From assembly GCA_015493505.1 (NCBI GenBank), contig WGDA01000005.1, positions 8,525-72,524 of the forward strand: a stretch of 64,000 bases of DNA, in the 5' to 3' direction. The translations under genes were made by a program, and so were the position numbers. A model generated the notes under the pieces. The model saw nothing but the letters and a program-made list of their open reading frames with translations, ran no database searches and was not told where the DNA came from. The DNA comes from Pseudomonadota bacterium. Its GTDB lineage: Bacteria > Desulfobacterota > S145-22. How positions within the stretch are numbered: position 1 is the first letter of the stretch; each line of letters begins with the position of its first letter. Positions 18,574 to 28,693 of this stretch are shown here, piece by piece.

Positions 18574-19452
18574 ATGAAACCATTCCCGGAATCGGCAGAA
18601 TCCCGGTCACTTTCATCCGCGCATCACCCTGAAAATACCCAACGCCGATGGACGGACAAGGATTTTCTGAAACCCAAGGAACCTATCCGCCATCGCGTTT
18701 ATCTCAGCCTGACAGCCATTTCTGTCTCCGCCATATTTCTGCTCTGGATGATTCTGACCTATGGTGGCCTCGTGGATCCCATGTTTCTGCCATCTCCCAC
18801 AGCAATTCTGAAAACCGGATACCACCTGTTTGCCACGGGTGAAATCTATCCAAACATCTGGACAAGCCTCTACGTGGTGGTTGTGGGATTCATCCTTGCC
18901 GCCATTATCGCGGTGCCTGCCGGCATTCTCATGGGAAGCTTCAAGTTCGTGGAGGCCTTGATCGAACCTATCATCAATTTTGTTCGATATCTCCCGGTCA
19001 GCGCCATGATCCCCCTGCTTATTCTCTGGATCGGTATCGGGGACGTGGAAAAGATCGCGGTGATCTTTCTGGGGACCCTGTTCCAACTGACCTTTTTGAT
19101 TGCCGACGTCTCCGCCAATGTCCCGAAAGAACTCCTGCAAGTTGCCTACACCCTGGGCGCGCGTAAGCGGGACGTTACACTGCGTGTTTTGATTCCCGCT
19201 TCGCTTCCCGGGATCATGGACAACCTGAGAATCACCATGGGATGGGCATGGACTTATCTGATTGTCGCGGAGTTGGTGTCAGCGGAACGGGGGCTGGGGT
19301 ATATGATCCTCCAGGCCATGCGGGGAATGCAGACGGATGTCATCTTCGTGGGACTCTTCGTGATTGGGCTGTTGGGCCTCATCACCGACCAGACATTCAA
19401 ATACCTGACCATCTGGCTGCTTCCCTGGTCCGAAAAGGCCTCTGTGTCATGA
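18574..19452 (+). CDS. ABC transporter permease, NitT/TauT (SsuC/TauC/ThiX-like) family.
   Basis: It is a 6-TM permease with the EAA motif of the nitrate/sulfonate/taurine family. Confidence 0.75.
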   Translation: MKPFPESAESRSLSSAHHPENTQRRWTDKDFLKPKEPIRHRVYLSLTAISVSAIFLLWMILTYGGLVDPMFLPSPTAILKTGYHLFATGEIYPNIWTSLYVVVVGFILAAIIAVPAGILMGSFKFVEALIEPIINFVRYLPVSAMIPLLILWIGIGDVEKIAVIFLGTLFQLTFLIADVSANVPKELLQVAYTLGARKRDVTLRVLIPASLPGIMDNLRITMGWAWTYLIVAELVSAERGLGYMILQAMRGMQTDVIFVGLFVIGLLGLITDQTFKYLTIWLLPWSEKASVS

Positions 19453-20249
19453 AAAAGAAGCTCATCATCGAAGAGGTGACCAAACGGTTTGTCACGCCCA
19501 AGCGCGAGGAGATCGTTGCGCTCGAAAATGTGTCCGCGTATGTGGAAACCTCCGAGTTTGTGACCATCGTGGGCACCTCCGGGTGCGGCAAATCCACCCT
19601 TTTAAAGATTGTCGCGGGCCTGGAAAGGCCCTCATCCGGAAAGGTGCTCCTGGACGGCCGGGAGATTCGGGAGCCCGGAGCCGACCGCGGCATGGTCTTC
19701 CAGTCCTACACCCTTTACCCTTGGCTAACGGTCAAGGATAACATCGCCTTTGGCCTTCGGCTGAAAAAGACCTCGAAAAAAGAGATTGATGAGATTGTGA
19801 CCTATTATCTCGAAAAGGTGGGCCTGGCCGGATTCGACGCGTATTACCCGAAAGCGCTTTCCGGCGGCATGAAACAAAGGGTCGCCATCGCGCGCGCCAT
19901 GGCGAACAACCCGGAAATCCTGCTGCTGGACGAACCTTTCGGCGCCCTGGACGCCCAGACCCGTGTCATCATGCAGGAACTGCTCCTCCAGCTCATGGAA
20001 GAGACCAAGATGACAGTTTTATTCGTTACCCATGACATCGACGAGGCCATTTATCTGGGGGATACCGTGTACATCATGACAGCCCGTCCGGGCCGCATCA
20101 AGGAAGAAGTCAAGGTCGACGTTCCGCATCCCCGTTCACCCGATATCAAGATGTCTCCCATGTTTTTGGAATTGAAGAAAAAAGTGGTAAAGTCTATCCG
20201 GGAAGAAACCATTAAGGCCGTGGCACAGACCTTCGGGGGTTTGGCCTAA
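19449..20249 (+). CDS. ABC transporter ATP-binding protein, NitT/TauT (SsuB/TauB-like) family.
   Basis: It has Walker A GTSGCGKST and the signature [14 protein letters not shown]. Its ATG overlaps the permease stop (ATGA). No substrate-binding protein gene is adjacent. Confidence 0.8.
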   Translation: MKKKLIIEEVTKRFVTPKREEIVALENVSAYVETSEFVTIVGTSGCGKSTLLKIVAGLERPSSGKVLLDGREIREPGADRGMVFQSYTLYPWLTVKDNIAFGLRLKKTSKKEIDEIVTYYLEKVGLAGFDAYYPKALSGGMKQRVAIARAMANNPEILLLDEPFGALDAQTRVIMQELLLQLMEETKMTVLFVTHDIDEAIYLGDTVYIMTARPGRIKEEVKVDVPHPRSPDIKMSPMFLELKKKVVKSIREETIKAVAQTFGGLA

Positions 20250-20263
20250 GGGGAGGAAAAACA

Positions 20264-20500
20264 ATGAGTGAGGAAAAGCCCCTTACGCGTGACGAAAGGC
20301 TTGTTAGGGAAGGATGGACCAAAAAATTTACCTGTGACGCCTCACGGGTCGAGGAATTCGTGGAAACCTATGAATCCATCGGCTTTGAGGTGCGGGTGGA
20401 ACCGGTTTCGGAGGATGACCCGGATCTGACCTGCCAGGTCTGCTACTCGGGGAACCGGAAAAACTACAAAACCATTTACACCCGCCCCAGGCAATCCTGA
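20264..20500 (+). CDS. Small Cys-containing protein of unknown function (78 aa).
   Basis: It has a strong RBS GGGGAGGAAAAACA and starts 12 nt after the ATPase stop. It contains C24 and a CxxC (CQVC) near the C-terminus. I do not recognise a family. Confidence 0.45.
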   Translation: MSEEKPLTRDERLVREGWTKKFTCDASRVEEFVETYESIGFEVRVEPVSEDDPDLTCQVCYSGNRKNYKTIYTRPRQS

Positions 20501-20592
20501 GTGCCTGGCAGGTGTTTATTCGGACTGCCGATCCTTCCCACTTGAAGAAACGAACAAAAAAAGATAGGATTTCCTGAAAAAAAAGGGGGAAG

Positions 20593-21708
20593 ATGATGAA
20601 AAAAATTATTGTGTTTGTGGCAATCGTTGTCAGCGCCGTACTGTTTTTGGCACAGGCTGGAATGAGTTCCGGAACCATTAAAATCGGTGCCGTTCAACCA
20701 CTGTCCGGAAATCTGGCTGTCTATGGACAGGGATTTAAAATGGCCATCGACCTGGCCGTGGATGAAATCAACGCCAACGGCGGCATCAAGGGAAAAAAAC
20801 TGGAAGTCATCTATGAGGACGGAAAGGGAACCGCCAAGGACAGCGTGGCCGCCGTCAGGAAGCTGATAGACGTGGATAAGGTTCCTGTCATCCTTGGGCC
20901 GGCTGCCAGTACCAACTTTCTGGCTGTCGCCCCCATCTGTGAACGGGCCCATGTGGTCCTTATCGGGGCGGAAAGTGCCTCCCCCGCTATCACAAAGGCG
21001 GGTGATTATATCTTCCGCGTCTTCCCGTCCGACAAGCTGCAGGGAAAAGGGGTTGCCGACCTGGTCATCAAGCTGGGATATAAAAAGGTTCCGGTTCTTT
21101 ACATCAATAATGACTGGGGCAAAGGGCTGAAAGACGAATTCGTTAAGAACTTCACGAAAAAGGGTGGCAAGATACTATCTGAAATTCCTTATGATCAGGG
21201 GAAAACCGACTACCGCGCGCAGCTTCTGAAGATCAAGCAGCTTCACCCGAAGGCGGCCGTTGCCCTTGTCTATGTGAAAGACGGTGCCGTCATCTTCAAA
21301 CAGGCCTACGAACTGGGCATCCAGACCCAGTGGATTACCGGATCCGCCGCCAAATCCGGTAAACTTATCAAACTGGCGGGCAAAGCGGTGGAGGGCCTGA
21401 TCGGCACGTATCCCAACTTTTCCACAACATCTCCACAATACAAGCATTTCGTGGCACTTTGGAAAAAGAAATACGGGGACAAAAAGATAGGGATTTTCGC
21501 CGAATACAACTACGATATGGTCCACCTGGTGGCAAAGGCCATCGCGAAAGGCGGCACGACCCCGGACGGTATCCGCAAGGCCCTGTACGAAGTCAGCAAG
21601 GGCTATAAGGGGGTGACCGGCGACAAGACCTTTGATGCCAACGGTGACGTGGGAAGCGCCTACGGGGTCTGGATGGTGAAAGACGGCAAAATCGTCACCA
21701 GGAAATGA
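20593..21708 (+). CDS. livK: Branched-chain amino acid ABC transporter substrate-binding protein (LivJ/LivK-like).
   Basis: It has a signal peptide and a Peripla_BP_6-type sequence. Confidence 0.8.
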   Translation: MMKKIIVFVAIVVSAVLFLAQAGMSSGTIKIGAVQPLSGNLAVYGQGFKMAIDLAVDEINANGGIKGKKLEVIYEDGKGTAKDSVAAVRKLIDVDKVPVILGPAASTNFLAVAPICERAHVVLIGAESASPAITKAGDYIFRVFPSDKLQGKGVADLVIKLGYKKVPVLYINNDWGKGLKDEFVKNFTKKGGKILSEIPYDQGKTDYRAQLLKIKQLHPKAAVALVYVKDGAVIFKQAYELGIQTQWITGSAAKSGKLIKLAGKAVEGLIGTYPNFSTTSPQYKHFVALWKKKYGDKKIGIFAEYNYDMVHLVAKAIAKGGTTPDGIRKALYEVSKGYKGVTGDKTFDANGDVGSAYGVWMVKDGKIVTRK

Positions 21709-22577
21709 GCCTGTTCCTTCAGTCCCTTCTGGACGGGCTGATTGCCGGGAGTATTTACGCCCTGTTCGCCGTCGGGCTCACGCTCATCTACGGGACCCTT
21801 CATTTTATCAATTTCGCCCATGGGGAGCTCATCATGGCGGGGGCGTATTTCGCCTACCTGTTCATGATGCCTCCCCTTCACCTTTCTCCTTTTATCAGCG
21901 GGGGATGCGCCATCGTGGGGGTCGTTTGCCTGGCTCTCCTGATGGATCGCTCCGTCTTTTCCCCTCTTCGTAACGCCAATTCCCTGCTGTTGCTTATCGC
22001 CTCCCTGGGAATTTCCCTCTTCTTTCAGAATCTCGCCCAGGTTATCTGGGGCGCTGAGATCCGAACCTTTCCCTTCCCCCTGGAGCGGGGAATTTCACTC
22101 GGACCCGTGGTGATAACCCCGGTCCAGGCCTGGATCCTCATCATCGCCGCGGGGGCCATTTTTCTCCTCTATCTCTTCCTGAAGTTCACCCGGGCGGGCA
22201 AGGCCATCCGCAGCGTTTCCGACAATCCCCGCCTGGCGAAGACCTTCGGGGTAGAGACGGAGCGGGTCATCCGTTTCGTCTGGATCGTGGCGGCGTCGCT
22301 TGCCGCCGTGGGGGGCGTCCTGTACGCCGCGGATACCAACCTGGAACCCCACATGGGAACCATCAACCTGGTCAGGGCGTTTGCCGCCGTTCTCCTTGGC
22401 GGGGTCGGCAATGTCTGGGGAGCCCTGATCGGAGGGATCGTCATCGGCCTGTCTGAAAACCTGGGTGTTCTCATACTTCCCATCGGTTACAAGGACGCGA
22501 TTGCCTTTTGCGTCATCATTCTCCTTCTTCTCTTCCGACCGGAGGGGATTCTGGGGGTGCGCTGGGGCGTCCGATGA
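21705..22577 (+). CDS. livH: Branched-chain amino acid ABC transporter permease LivH.
   Basis: It is a LivH-type permease of 290 aa. Confidence 0.8.
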   Translation: MSLFLQSLLDGLIAGSIYALFAVGLTLIYGTLHFINFAHGELIMAGAYFAYLFMMPPLHLSPFISGGCAIVGVVCLALLMDRSVFSPLRNANSLLLLIASLGISLFFQNLAQVIWGAEIRTFPFPLERGISLGPVVITPVQAWILIIAAGAIFLLYLFLKFTRAGKAIRSVSDNPRLAKTFGVETERVIRFVWIVAASLAAVGGVLYAADTNLEPHMGTINLVRAFAAVLLGGVGNVWGALIGGIVIGLSENLGVLILPIGYKDAIAFCVIILLLLFRPEGILGVRWGVR

Positions 22578-23461
22578 CCAACTATCTCCTCCATATCCTC
22601 ATCGTCTGTGAGATCATCATTCCCTTCGCGCTGGGGCTCCAACTGGAGATTGGAGAAACGGGCCTGTACAATTTTGGGCATGTTGCCTTCTTTGGAATCA
22701 GCGCCTATGCGTCCGCCCTTTTGACAACCCATGGCATCCCTTTCATGGGCGCCCTTTTCGCCAGCCTCGCCCTGGCCGGCCTTTTCGCCTGGGGCGTTGG
22801 ATATCCCATTCTGCGGCTCAGGGGAGACTATTTCGGGCTGGCCATGCTGGGTTTTGCCGAGATCATGCGCAAAATCTTCCTCAACGAGTCATGGCTGACC
22901 CGTGGGCCCATGGGAATCCCGGGGATCCCCCGCCCCTCCTTTTTCGGGGTTCCCATCCACACGCTTCCCCGTTTCGCCATTTTTTACGGTCTTTTTGTCA
23001 TCGCGGCGGCCTTTGCCGTGTACCATGTTACCCGTTCCCCTCTCGGAAGGGTTTTTCACGCCATCCGGGACGATGAATATTCCGCCAGCGCCGTGGGGAA
23101 AGACACCTTTCGTTTCAGACGAACCAGTCTCCTCATGGGAACCCTGCTGGCGGCCCTGGGAGGGGTTTTCTGGGCCCATTATATCACCTTCATCAGCCCG
23201 TCCGACTTCACCCTGAACGAGACAATTCTGGCCCTGTTGATTGTTGTCATCGGGGGGCGATGGGGAATGGCGGGAACGATTCTCGCGACCTTTTTTGTCA
23301 TCGGTTTCCAGGAAGGATTGCGGTTCCTGCCCCTCCCGGAATCGTTCGGACGTTTGATTGCCCCCATGCAGCAGATGTTCTTCGGCCTGGTTCTCGTCCT
23401 GATTGTCCTGAAACGGGAAAAAAGCTGGTTTCATAAGGGAGACCGCCTTGCTCAGGGTTGA
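22574..23461 (+). CDS. livM: Branched-chain amino acid ABC transporter permease LivM.
   Basis: It is a LivM-type permease. The start was moved to the ATG at 22574 (MTNYLLHIL), which overlaps the livH stop. Confidence 0.75.
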   Translation: MTNYLLHILIVCEIIIPFALGLQLEIGETGLYNFGHVAFFGISAYASALLTTHGIPFMGALFASLALAGLFAWGVGYPILRLRGDYFGLAMLGFAEIMRKIFLNESWLTRGPMGIPGIPRPSFFGVPIHTLPRFAIFYGLFVIAAAFAVYHVTRSPLGRVFHAIRDDEYSASAVGKDTFRFRRTSLLMGTLLAALGGVFWAHYITFISPSDFTLNETILALLIVVIGGRWGMAGTILATFFVIGFQEGLRFLPLPESFGRLIAPMQQMFFGLVLVLIVLKREKSWFHKGDRLAQG

Positions 23462-24197
23462 AAACCTCTCGAAGCGTTTCGGAGGGGTGTGGGCGGTCCG
23501 GGACTGCAGCCTTCAAACGAAAGACTGGCACGCCGTGGGAGTCATCGGCCCCAATGGGTCGGGCAAGACCACGCTTTTTCATCTCATCACGGGATTCTAC
23601 ACGCCGGACTCCGGTAAGATTTTCTTCAAGGGTGAGGAGATTCAGGCGCTTCCCACGCATCAGATTGTCCGTGCGGGGATCGGGAGAACCTTTCAGCTCT
23701 CCCGTGTATTCGAATCGCTGAGCCTGCTGGACAATCTCCTTATCGCCCGACGGGACATTCCGGGAGAAAAGGTCATCGCTCTTTTCACGCGATGGGGAAA
23801 AGTCCGGGAAAGCGAGGAGGTAGCCACCTCACGGGCGTTTGCCTATCTCAACCTGATGGGCTTGGGCGAGAAGGCGAAGGAACCCGCGGGGAACCTTTCA
23901 TACGGACAGCGAAAGCTCCTTGAACTGGCCCGGACGCTCATGCTGGATCCCTCGCTCATTCTCCTGGATGAACCCGCCGCGGGCATCAACCCGACCCTGA
24001 CGCGGAAAATCATTTCGGTCATTCAATCCCTGAAGAAGGAAGGGAAACGGTTCCTCATCATCGAACACAACATGGACGTCATCATCTCCCTCTGCGACTG
24101 GGTTTACGTTCTGGATGCTGGGGCCGTCATCGCCAGTGGCCCGCCCGGGATTATCCGGAGCGACCCTGCCGTCCTGGAGGCCTATTTTGGAAAATAG
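23448..24197 (+). CDS. livG: Branched-chain amino acid ABC transporter ATPase LivG.
   Basis: It has Walker A GPNGSGKTT and the signature LSYGQRKLLELAR. Confidence 0.85.
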   Translation: MLRVENLSKRFGGVWAVRDCSLQTKDWHAVGVIGPNGSGKTTLFHLITGFYTPDSGKIFFKGEEIQALPTHQIVRAGIGRTFQLSRVFESLSLLDNLLIARRDIPGEKVIALFTRWGKVRESEEVATSRAFAYLNLMGLGEKAKEPAGNLSYGQRKLLELARTLMLDPSLILLDEPAAGINPTLTRKIISVIQSLKKEGKRFLIIEHNMDVIISLCDWVYVLDAGAVIASGPPGIIRSDPAVLEAYFGK

Positions 24198-24933
24198 GAT
24201 CCCTATCCTTTCAATCGAGCATCTCACAACCGGATACGCCAGGATTCAGGTCCTGACGGATATCCGCCTGGAGGTTTTCCCCTCCGAGATCGTCTGCATC
24301 ATCGGGCCCAATGGCGCGGGAAAGTCCACGATCCTCAAGGCCATCTACGGATTCCTTCCCCCTTGGAAGGGGCGGATCGTGTTCAAAGGCGAGGATATCT
24401 CCCATCTTCCCGTCACCCATCGTGTCACCCGTGGAATGGTGCTGGTTCACCAGGATCAGAACATCTTTCCCAGCCTGACCATCCAGGAGAACCTGGAGAT
24501 GGGAGGGTATCTGGTCACGAAACCGTCATCCCGAAAGGCGCGTACCGAACAAATTTTCGAGATGTTTCCCTTCCTTCGCGCCAAACGCAAACATCCCGCC
24601 CGCTCCCTCTCCGGAGGAGAACGCCAGCTTCTGGCCATCGGCATGGCCCTGATGACGAACCCCGAGCTGATTCTTCTCGACGAACCCTCCATGGGCCTTT
24701 CGCCTCAGATGATGGCGCGGGTCTTTTCCTGGGTCAACCAGATTCATGAAGCGGGAAAGGCCATTCTCATGGTGGAACAAAACGCGAAACAGGCACTCGA
24801 AATCGCGCAGAGGGGGTACGTTTTCGACCTGGGGAAAAACCGCTTTGAAGGGAAAGCGGCAGCACTCCTTGACGATCCGGAGGTCAAAACGGTATATCTT
24901 GGCGGAGGAGGCATGGATGAAAATTTACCGTGA
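24187..24933 (+). CDS. livF: Branched-chain amino acid ABC transporter ATPase LivF.
   Basis: It has Walker A GPNGAGKST and the signature LSGGERQLLAIGMAL. The start is set at the TTG at 24187, preceded by GGAGG. The in-frame upstream ATG at 24115 is the alternative. Confidence 0.75.
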   Translation: MENRIPILSIEHLTTGYARIQVLTDIRLEVFPSEIVCIIGPNGAGKSTILKAIYGFLPPWKGRIVFKGEDISHLPVTHRVTRGMVLVHQDQNIFPSLTIQENLEMGGYLVTKPSSRKARTEQIFEMFPFLRAKRKHPARSLSGGERQLLAIGMALMTNPELILLDEPSMGLSPQMMARVFSWVNQIHEAGKAILMVEQNAKQALEIAQRGYVFDLGKNRFEGKAAALLDDPEVKTVYLGGGGMDENLP

Positions 24934-25837
24934 CATCACCGAGACAGTGGGGCATACCCCGCTGGTCCAGCTCAACAAGATTCCCCCTGAAGGAGAAACC
25001 CTCTGGGCGAAACTTGAATTTTTTAACCCCTGCTCCAGCATCAAGGACCGCCTCGGGATTGCCTTGATTGAGGCGGCTGAAAAAGCGGGGGAAATCGGCC
25101 CCAACTCTATCCTGATTGAGGCGACCAGCGGAAACACGGGGATTGGGCTGGCGTTCGCGTGTGCGGCCAAGGGATACCCTTTAACCATTGTCATGCCGGA
25201 AGATATGAGTGATGAACGCAAATACCTGCTGAAGGCCCTGGGCGCCACGCTCATTCTCACACCCAAAGAGGGGGGAATCCCGGGTGCTGTCAGCCGCGCG
25301 AAACGGATGGCCGCTGAAAACCCCGATTATTACCCCACACGCCAGTTTGACAACCCCGCCAATCCGGCCATCCATGAAAAAACCACCGCCAGAGAAATCT
25401 GGCGAGACACGGACGGAACCGTTGAGTTGGTGGTGATTGGCGTGGGCACGGGCGGTACGCTGACAGGAGTTGCCAGGTATTTAAAGAAAAAACGGCCTGA
25501 AACCCTCATTGTGGCCGTGGAACCGGCATCCTCCGCTGTTTTGTCCGGGAAGAGGCGGGGAGCACACAAAATACAGGGGATTGGCGCCGGGTTCGTTCCG
25601 GCCGTCTGTGACAAGACACTCATCGACCATGTCATCCCGATTTCCGATGAAGATGCGATTGACATGACCCGGCGGCTGGCGCGGGAAGAGGGAATTTTCG
25701 CGGGCATCTCCTCAGGGGCCGCCGTGGCCGCGGCCATCTCCCTGCTCGAAAAACAGGAGTTCTCCGGAAAGAAAACAGTGGTCATCCTGCCCGATGGCGG
25801 AGATCGCTACCTCTCCACCGATGCTTTCCAGGTGTAG
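24917..25837 (+). CDS. cysK: Cysteine synthase (O-acetylserine sulfhydrylase), CysK/CysM family.
   Basis: It has the PLP-enzyme motifs SIKDR and GNTGIGLA. The ATG at 24917 is preceded by the RBS GGAGGAGG and overlaps the livF end. Confidence 0.85.
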   Translation: MKIYRDITETVGHTPLVQLNKIPPEGETLWAKLEFFNPCSSIKDRLGIALIEAAEKAGEIGPNSILIEATSGNTGIGLAFACAAKGYPLTIVMPEDMSDERKYLLKALGATLILTPKEGGIPGAVSRAKRMAAENPDYYPTRQFDNPANPAIHEKTTAREIWRDTDGTVELVVIGVGTGGTLTGVARYLKKKRPETLIVAVEPASSAVLSGKRRGAHKIQGIGAGFVPAVCDKTLIDHVIPISDEDAIDMTRRLAREEGIFAGISSGAAVAAAISLLEKQEFSGKKTVVILPDGGDRYLSTDAFQV

Positions 25838-25851
25838 AGGCTGATAGAGCC

Positions 25852-26601
25852 GTGCCTGTGCCATCCCTGAACATCCTGAGAGACCTGAAGGAACGAATTC
25901 GGAACGCAAAACATGTTGTCGCTATTACTGGTGCCGGCATCTCTGCTGAAAGCGGGATTCCCACGTTTCGGGGGAAGGACGGACTTTGGAAACAGTATCG
26001 CGCGGAAGAGCTGGCCACGCCCTGGGCCTTCGAGAAAAACCCGGAGCTTGTCTGGAAATGGTATGACTGGCGCAGAGGCATCATCGCGAAGGCCACGCCC
26101 AACGCCGGGCATGTTACCCTGGCCCGGATGGAGGATTTCTACCCGGAATTTACCCAGATCACCCAGAACGTGGACGGCCTGCACCGCAAAGCCGGGAGTC
26201 AAAAGGTTATTGAAATCCACGGTAACCTCTGGCGCGTGCGGTGCGTCCGCGAAGGAAAAACATTCTATCTGGAAGACGTCCCCCTCAGGGAGATTTCCCC
26301 CCGGTGCTCTTGCGGCGCCATCCTGCGGCCCGACGTGGTCTGGTTCGGGGAATCCCTGGATCCGGAATTGATTCGGAAGGCCCATGAGGAGCTGGCGGCT
26401 TGCAACCTGCTTCTCGTCATCGGGACTTCCGGTATTGTTCAGCCGGTGGCGAGTTTCCCGGCCATCGCCAGGCAATCAGGCGCTTACATTGTTGAAATCA
26501 ATCTGGAGACAACCCCCCTCACTTCTTTGGCGGATCTTTCGCTGAAAGGGAAATCGGGGGATATTCTTCCCGCCCTCTTTGACTTCCAAAGCGATTCATG
26601 A
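25852..26601 (+). CDS. cobB: NAD-dependent protein deacylase (sirtuin, CobB/Sir2 family).
   Basis: It has GAGISAESGIPTFRG, a Zn ribbon CSCG...C region, and QNVDGLH. Confidence 0.85.
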   Translation: MPVPSLNILRDLKERIRNAKHVVAITGAGISAESGIPTFRGKDGLWKQYRAEELATPWAFEKNPELVWKWYDWRRGIIAKATPNAGHVTLARMEDFYPEFTQITQNVDGLHRKAGSQKVIEIHGNLWRVRCVREGKTFYLEDVPLREISPRCSCGAILRPDVVWFGESLDPELIRKAHEELAACNLLLVIGTSGIVQPVASFPAIARQSGAYIVEINLETTPLTSLADLSLKGKSGDILPALFDFQSDS

Positions 26602-26643
26602 ACACCATCAGATCTGCTTTGCCTGCATGGCGTCCCGTGGCAC

Positions 26644-26672
26644 TTGACATTTCACGCCGTTTTAACTAAAAA
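26644..26672 (+). promoter_or_regulatory. Sigma70-like promoter TTGACA-N17-TAAAAA upstream of the TPR gene.
   Basis: It was read directly; the spacing is exactly 17 nt. Confidence 0.4.
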
Positions 26673-26689
26673 TTGTTGAACCTTGGCAA

Positions 26690-27625
26690 ATGGGAGTGGT
26701 GTTGGCGAAAAGAAGTCTCATCGGCAGAATCTTTGGCATAAAGAAAAAGTCAACCAAAGTTGACGTCAAAGAACTGAAAAAAAGGCTTGAGGACAACCCA
26801 AAAGACCTGAAAGCTATTCTCAAGCTTGGCGATTATTATTCTACCAAACGTAAGAAGAACAAGGCCATCGAATACTATCAGACGGCAGCCCGGATCTGTA
26901 TTGAAGACGGGTTTGTCAACAAGGGCATTGCCATAGTCAAAAAGATTGCCACACTGGACCAGAAAAACCCTGAAATATACCGGCAATTGGCCGATCTCTA
27001 TCTGAGGCAGAACCTCTTCGGGGAGGCGACCATCCAGCTTCAGAAGGCACTGGAACTGGATCCCGACAATGCCGAAATCAAGGAAACCCTTGAGAAACTC
27101 ACCGGGACATCTGACGATCAGCGCGCTATCATCGATTCTCTCCGGGCTGACCGGGAGGTTCAGATCGCCTCCCAAACGGAGACGGAAGAGATTATCCGTG
27201 AGGCGAAGGAACAGATCCGGAAACAGATTTCCAATGAAGACGTCGTGGAACACTACGACCTGGGTGTCGCTTACATGGAAATGGAACTCTATGAAAGCGC
27301 CATCGAGGAATTTGGGATCACCCTCAATTCTCCAGAGTTTTTTGAAGACTCCATCCGGCTCATCTACGAATGTTTCTTCTCGATGGACCGGATTCAGGAC
27401 GCCATCGAATACTTCAAGGCCCTGCTGGAACGCCCCAACATCTCACCATTGCAAAAGGGGGTCATCCGTTTCCACATCGGTATGGCCTATGAAGACTCTC
27501 TTGAGACGAACAAAGCCATTGAAATCTACGAAGACCTTCTCAACACGGGGTATCCCAAGCCGGATGTCCTCATCCAGAGAATTGATCGGCTGAAACATAC
27601 GGCCAGTTTTGACGACCTTGCCTAA
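26690..27625 (+). CDS. Tetratricopeptide-repeat protein.
   Basis: It has TPR-like repeats (YYQTAARICIEDG, ADLYLRQNLFGEAT, KALELDPDNAE). Its function is unknown. Confidence 0.6.
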   Translation: MGVVLAKRSLIGRIFGIKKKSTKVDVKELKKRLEDNPKDLKAILKLGDYYSTKRKKNKAIEYYQTAARICIEDGFVNKGIAIVKKIATLDQKNPEIYRQLADLYLRQNLFGEATIQLQKALELDPDNAEIKETLEKLTGTSDDQRAIIDSLRADREVQIASQTETEEIIREAKEQIRKQISNEDVVEHYDLGVAYMEMELYESAIEEFGITLNSPEFFEDSIRLIYECFFSMDRIQDAIEYFKALLERPNISPLQKGVIRFHIGMAYEDSLETNKAIEIYEDLLNTGYPKPDVLIQRIDRLKHTASFDDLA

Positions 27626-27727
27626 CAATATTCAACGCAGGATGAATGAGCGGTGTAACATCACCGCGGTAAAAAATGACGTATTTCTCCTGAGAAAAAT
27701 AAATCTGCCGAAAAAAGGAGGCTCATT

Positions 27728-28693
27728 ATGAAACGCATTGGTGTCCTGACGAGTGGAGGGGACTCCTCCGGAATGAACGCCGCCATCCGGGCCGTGGTGC
27801 GGGCGGGAATCGATAAGGGGCTTGAAGTTTACGGATTCATCCAGGGGTACGCTGGGGTGCTCGACAAGCATTACAAGGTGATGGAGTCCTCAAGTGTCAG
27901 TGGCATCATCAACCGGGGTGGGACCATCCTGAAAAGCGCCCGGTGTGAAGAATTTAAAACAGATCGCGGTCAGGAGGAAGGCCTTGATACCCTTCGGGAC
28001 CTGGGCGTGGATGGCCTGGTCGTTATCGGCGGTGACGGGTCGCTTCGTGGCGCCAACGCCCTTCATGAACTGGGCATGCCGGTCGTGGGTATCCCCGCGA
28101 CAATCGATAACGATGTGTACGGAACAGACATGGCAATTGGTGTGGATACCTGTTTGAATACCATCACATGGGCCATCGATACCATCAAGGACACGGCGTC
28201 TTCTCATGAGCGCGCCTTCATCATTGAGGTCATGGGGAGGGAGTCGGGATACCTGGCTATCATGTCATCCCTCTCGTGCGGCGCGGAAGCGGCGATCGTG
28301 CCGGAATTCCCGTATGACCTGGAAAAAATCGGTGAAAAGCTCGCGGAAAGGTTCAAGGAAGGGAAAACCGACAGCATTATTATCGTGGCCGAGGGGGCTT
28401 CGAGCGCCTACACCATTCAACGCCGCCTCAAGAACCATATCGGCTTTGAAACCCGAATCACGGTTCTTGGGCATATCCAGCGTGGCGGGGTCACCAGTGT
28501 CTTCGACCGGACGTTAGCCAGCAGGATGGGGGTCGAGGCGGTCAACGCCCTCACGGACGGCAAAACCGGGGTTATGATAGGCTTGTCGAAAAACAAGTAT
28601 GTGGAAGTGCCTTTTGCCGACGTGATGGAAAAGAAAAAGGAGCTCGATCCGAAGCTCTTCGATTTAGCCAGAGCCCTCGGGGTGATTCTTTAA
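27728..28693 (+). CDS. pfkA: ATP-dependent 6-phosphofructokinase.
   Basis: It has GVLTSGGDSSGMNAAIRAVV and GGDGSLRGA motifs and the RBS AAGGAGG. Confidence 0.9.
   Translation: MKRIGVLTSGGDSSGMNAAIRAVVRAGIDKGLEVYGFIQGYAGVLDKHYKVMESSSVSGIINRGGTILKSARCEEFKTDRGQEEGLDTLRDLGVDGLVVIGGDGSLRGANALHELGMPVVGIPATIDNDVYGTDMAIGVDTCLNTITWAIDTIKDTASSHERAFIIEVMGRESGYLAIMSSLSCGAEAAIVPEFPYDLEKIGEKLAERFKEGKTDSIIIVAEGASSAYTIQRRLKNHIGFETRITVLGHIQRGGVTSVFDRTLASRMGVEAVNALTDGKTGVMIGLSKNKYVEVPFADVMEKKKELDPKLFDLARALGVIL

Noticed and set aside
24115-24186. Upstream ATG start for livF, which would overlap livG by 83 nt.
   Set aside because: A TTG at 24187 is preceded by GGAGG at ideal spacing and abuts the livG stop. 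The extension peptide (MLGPSSPVARPGLSG...) is not LivF-like. Some uncertainty remains.
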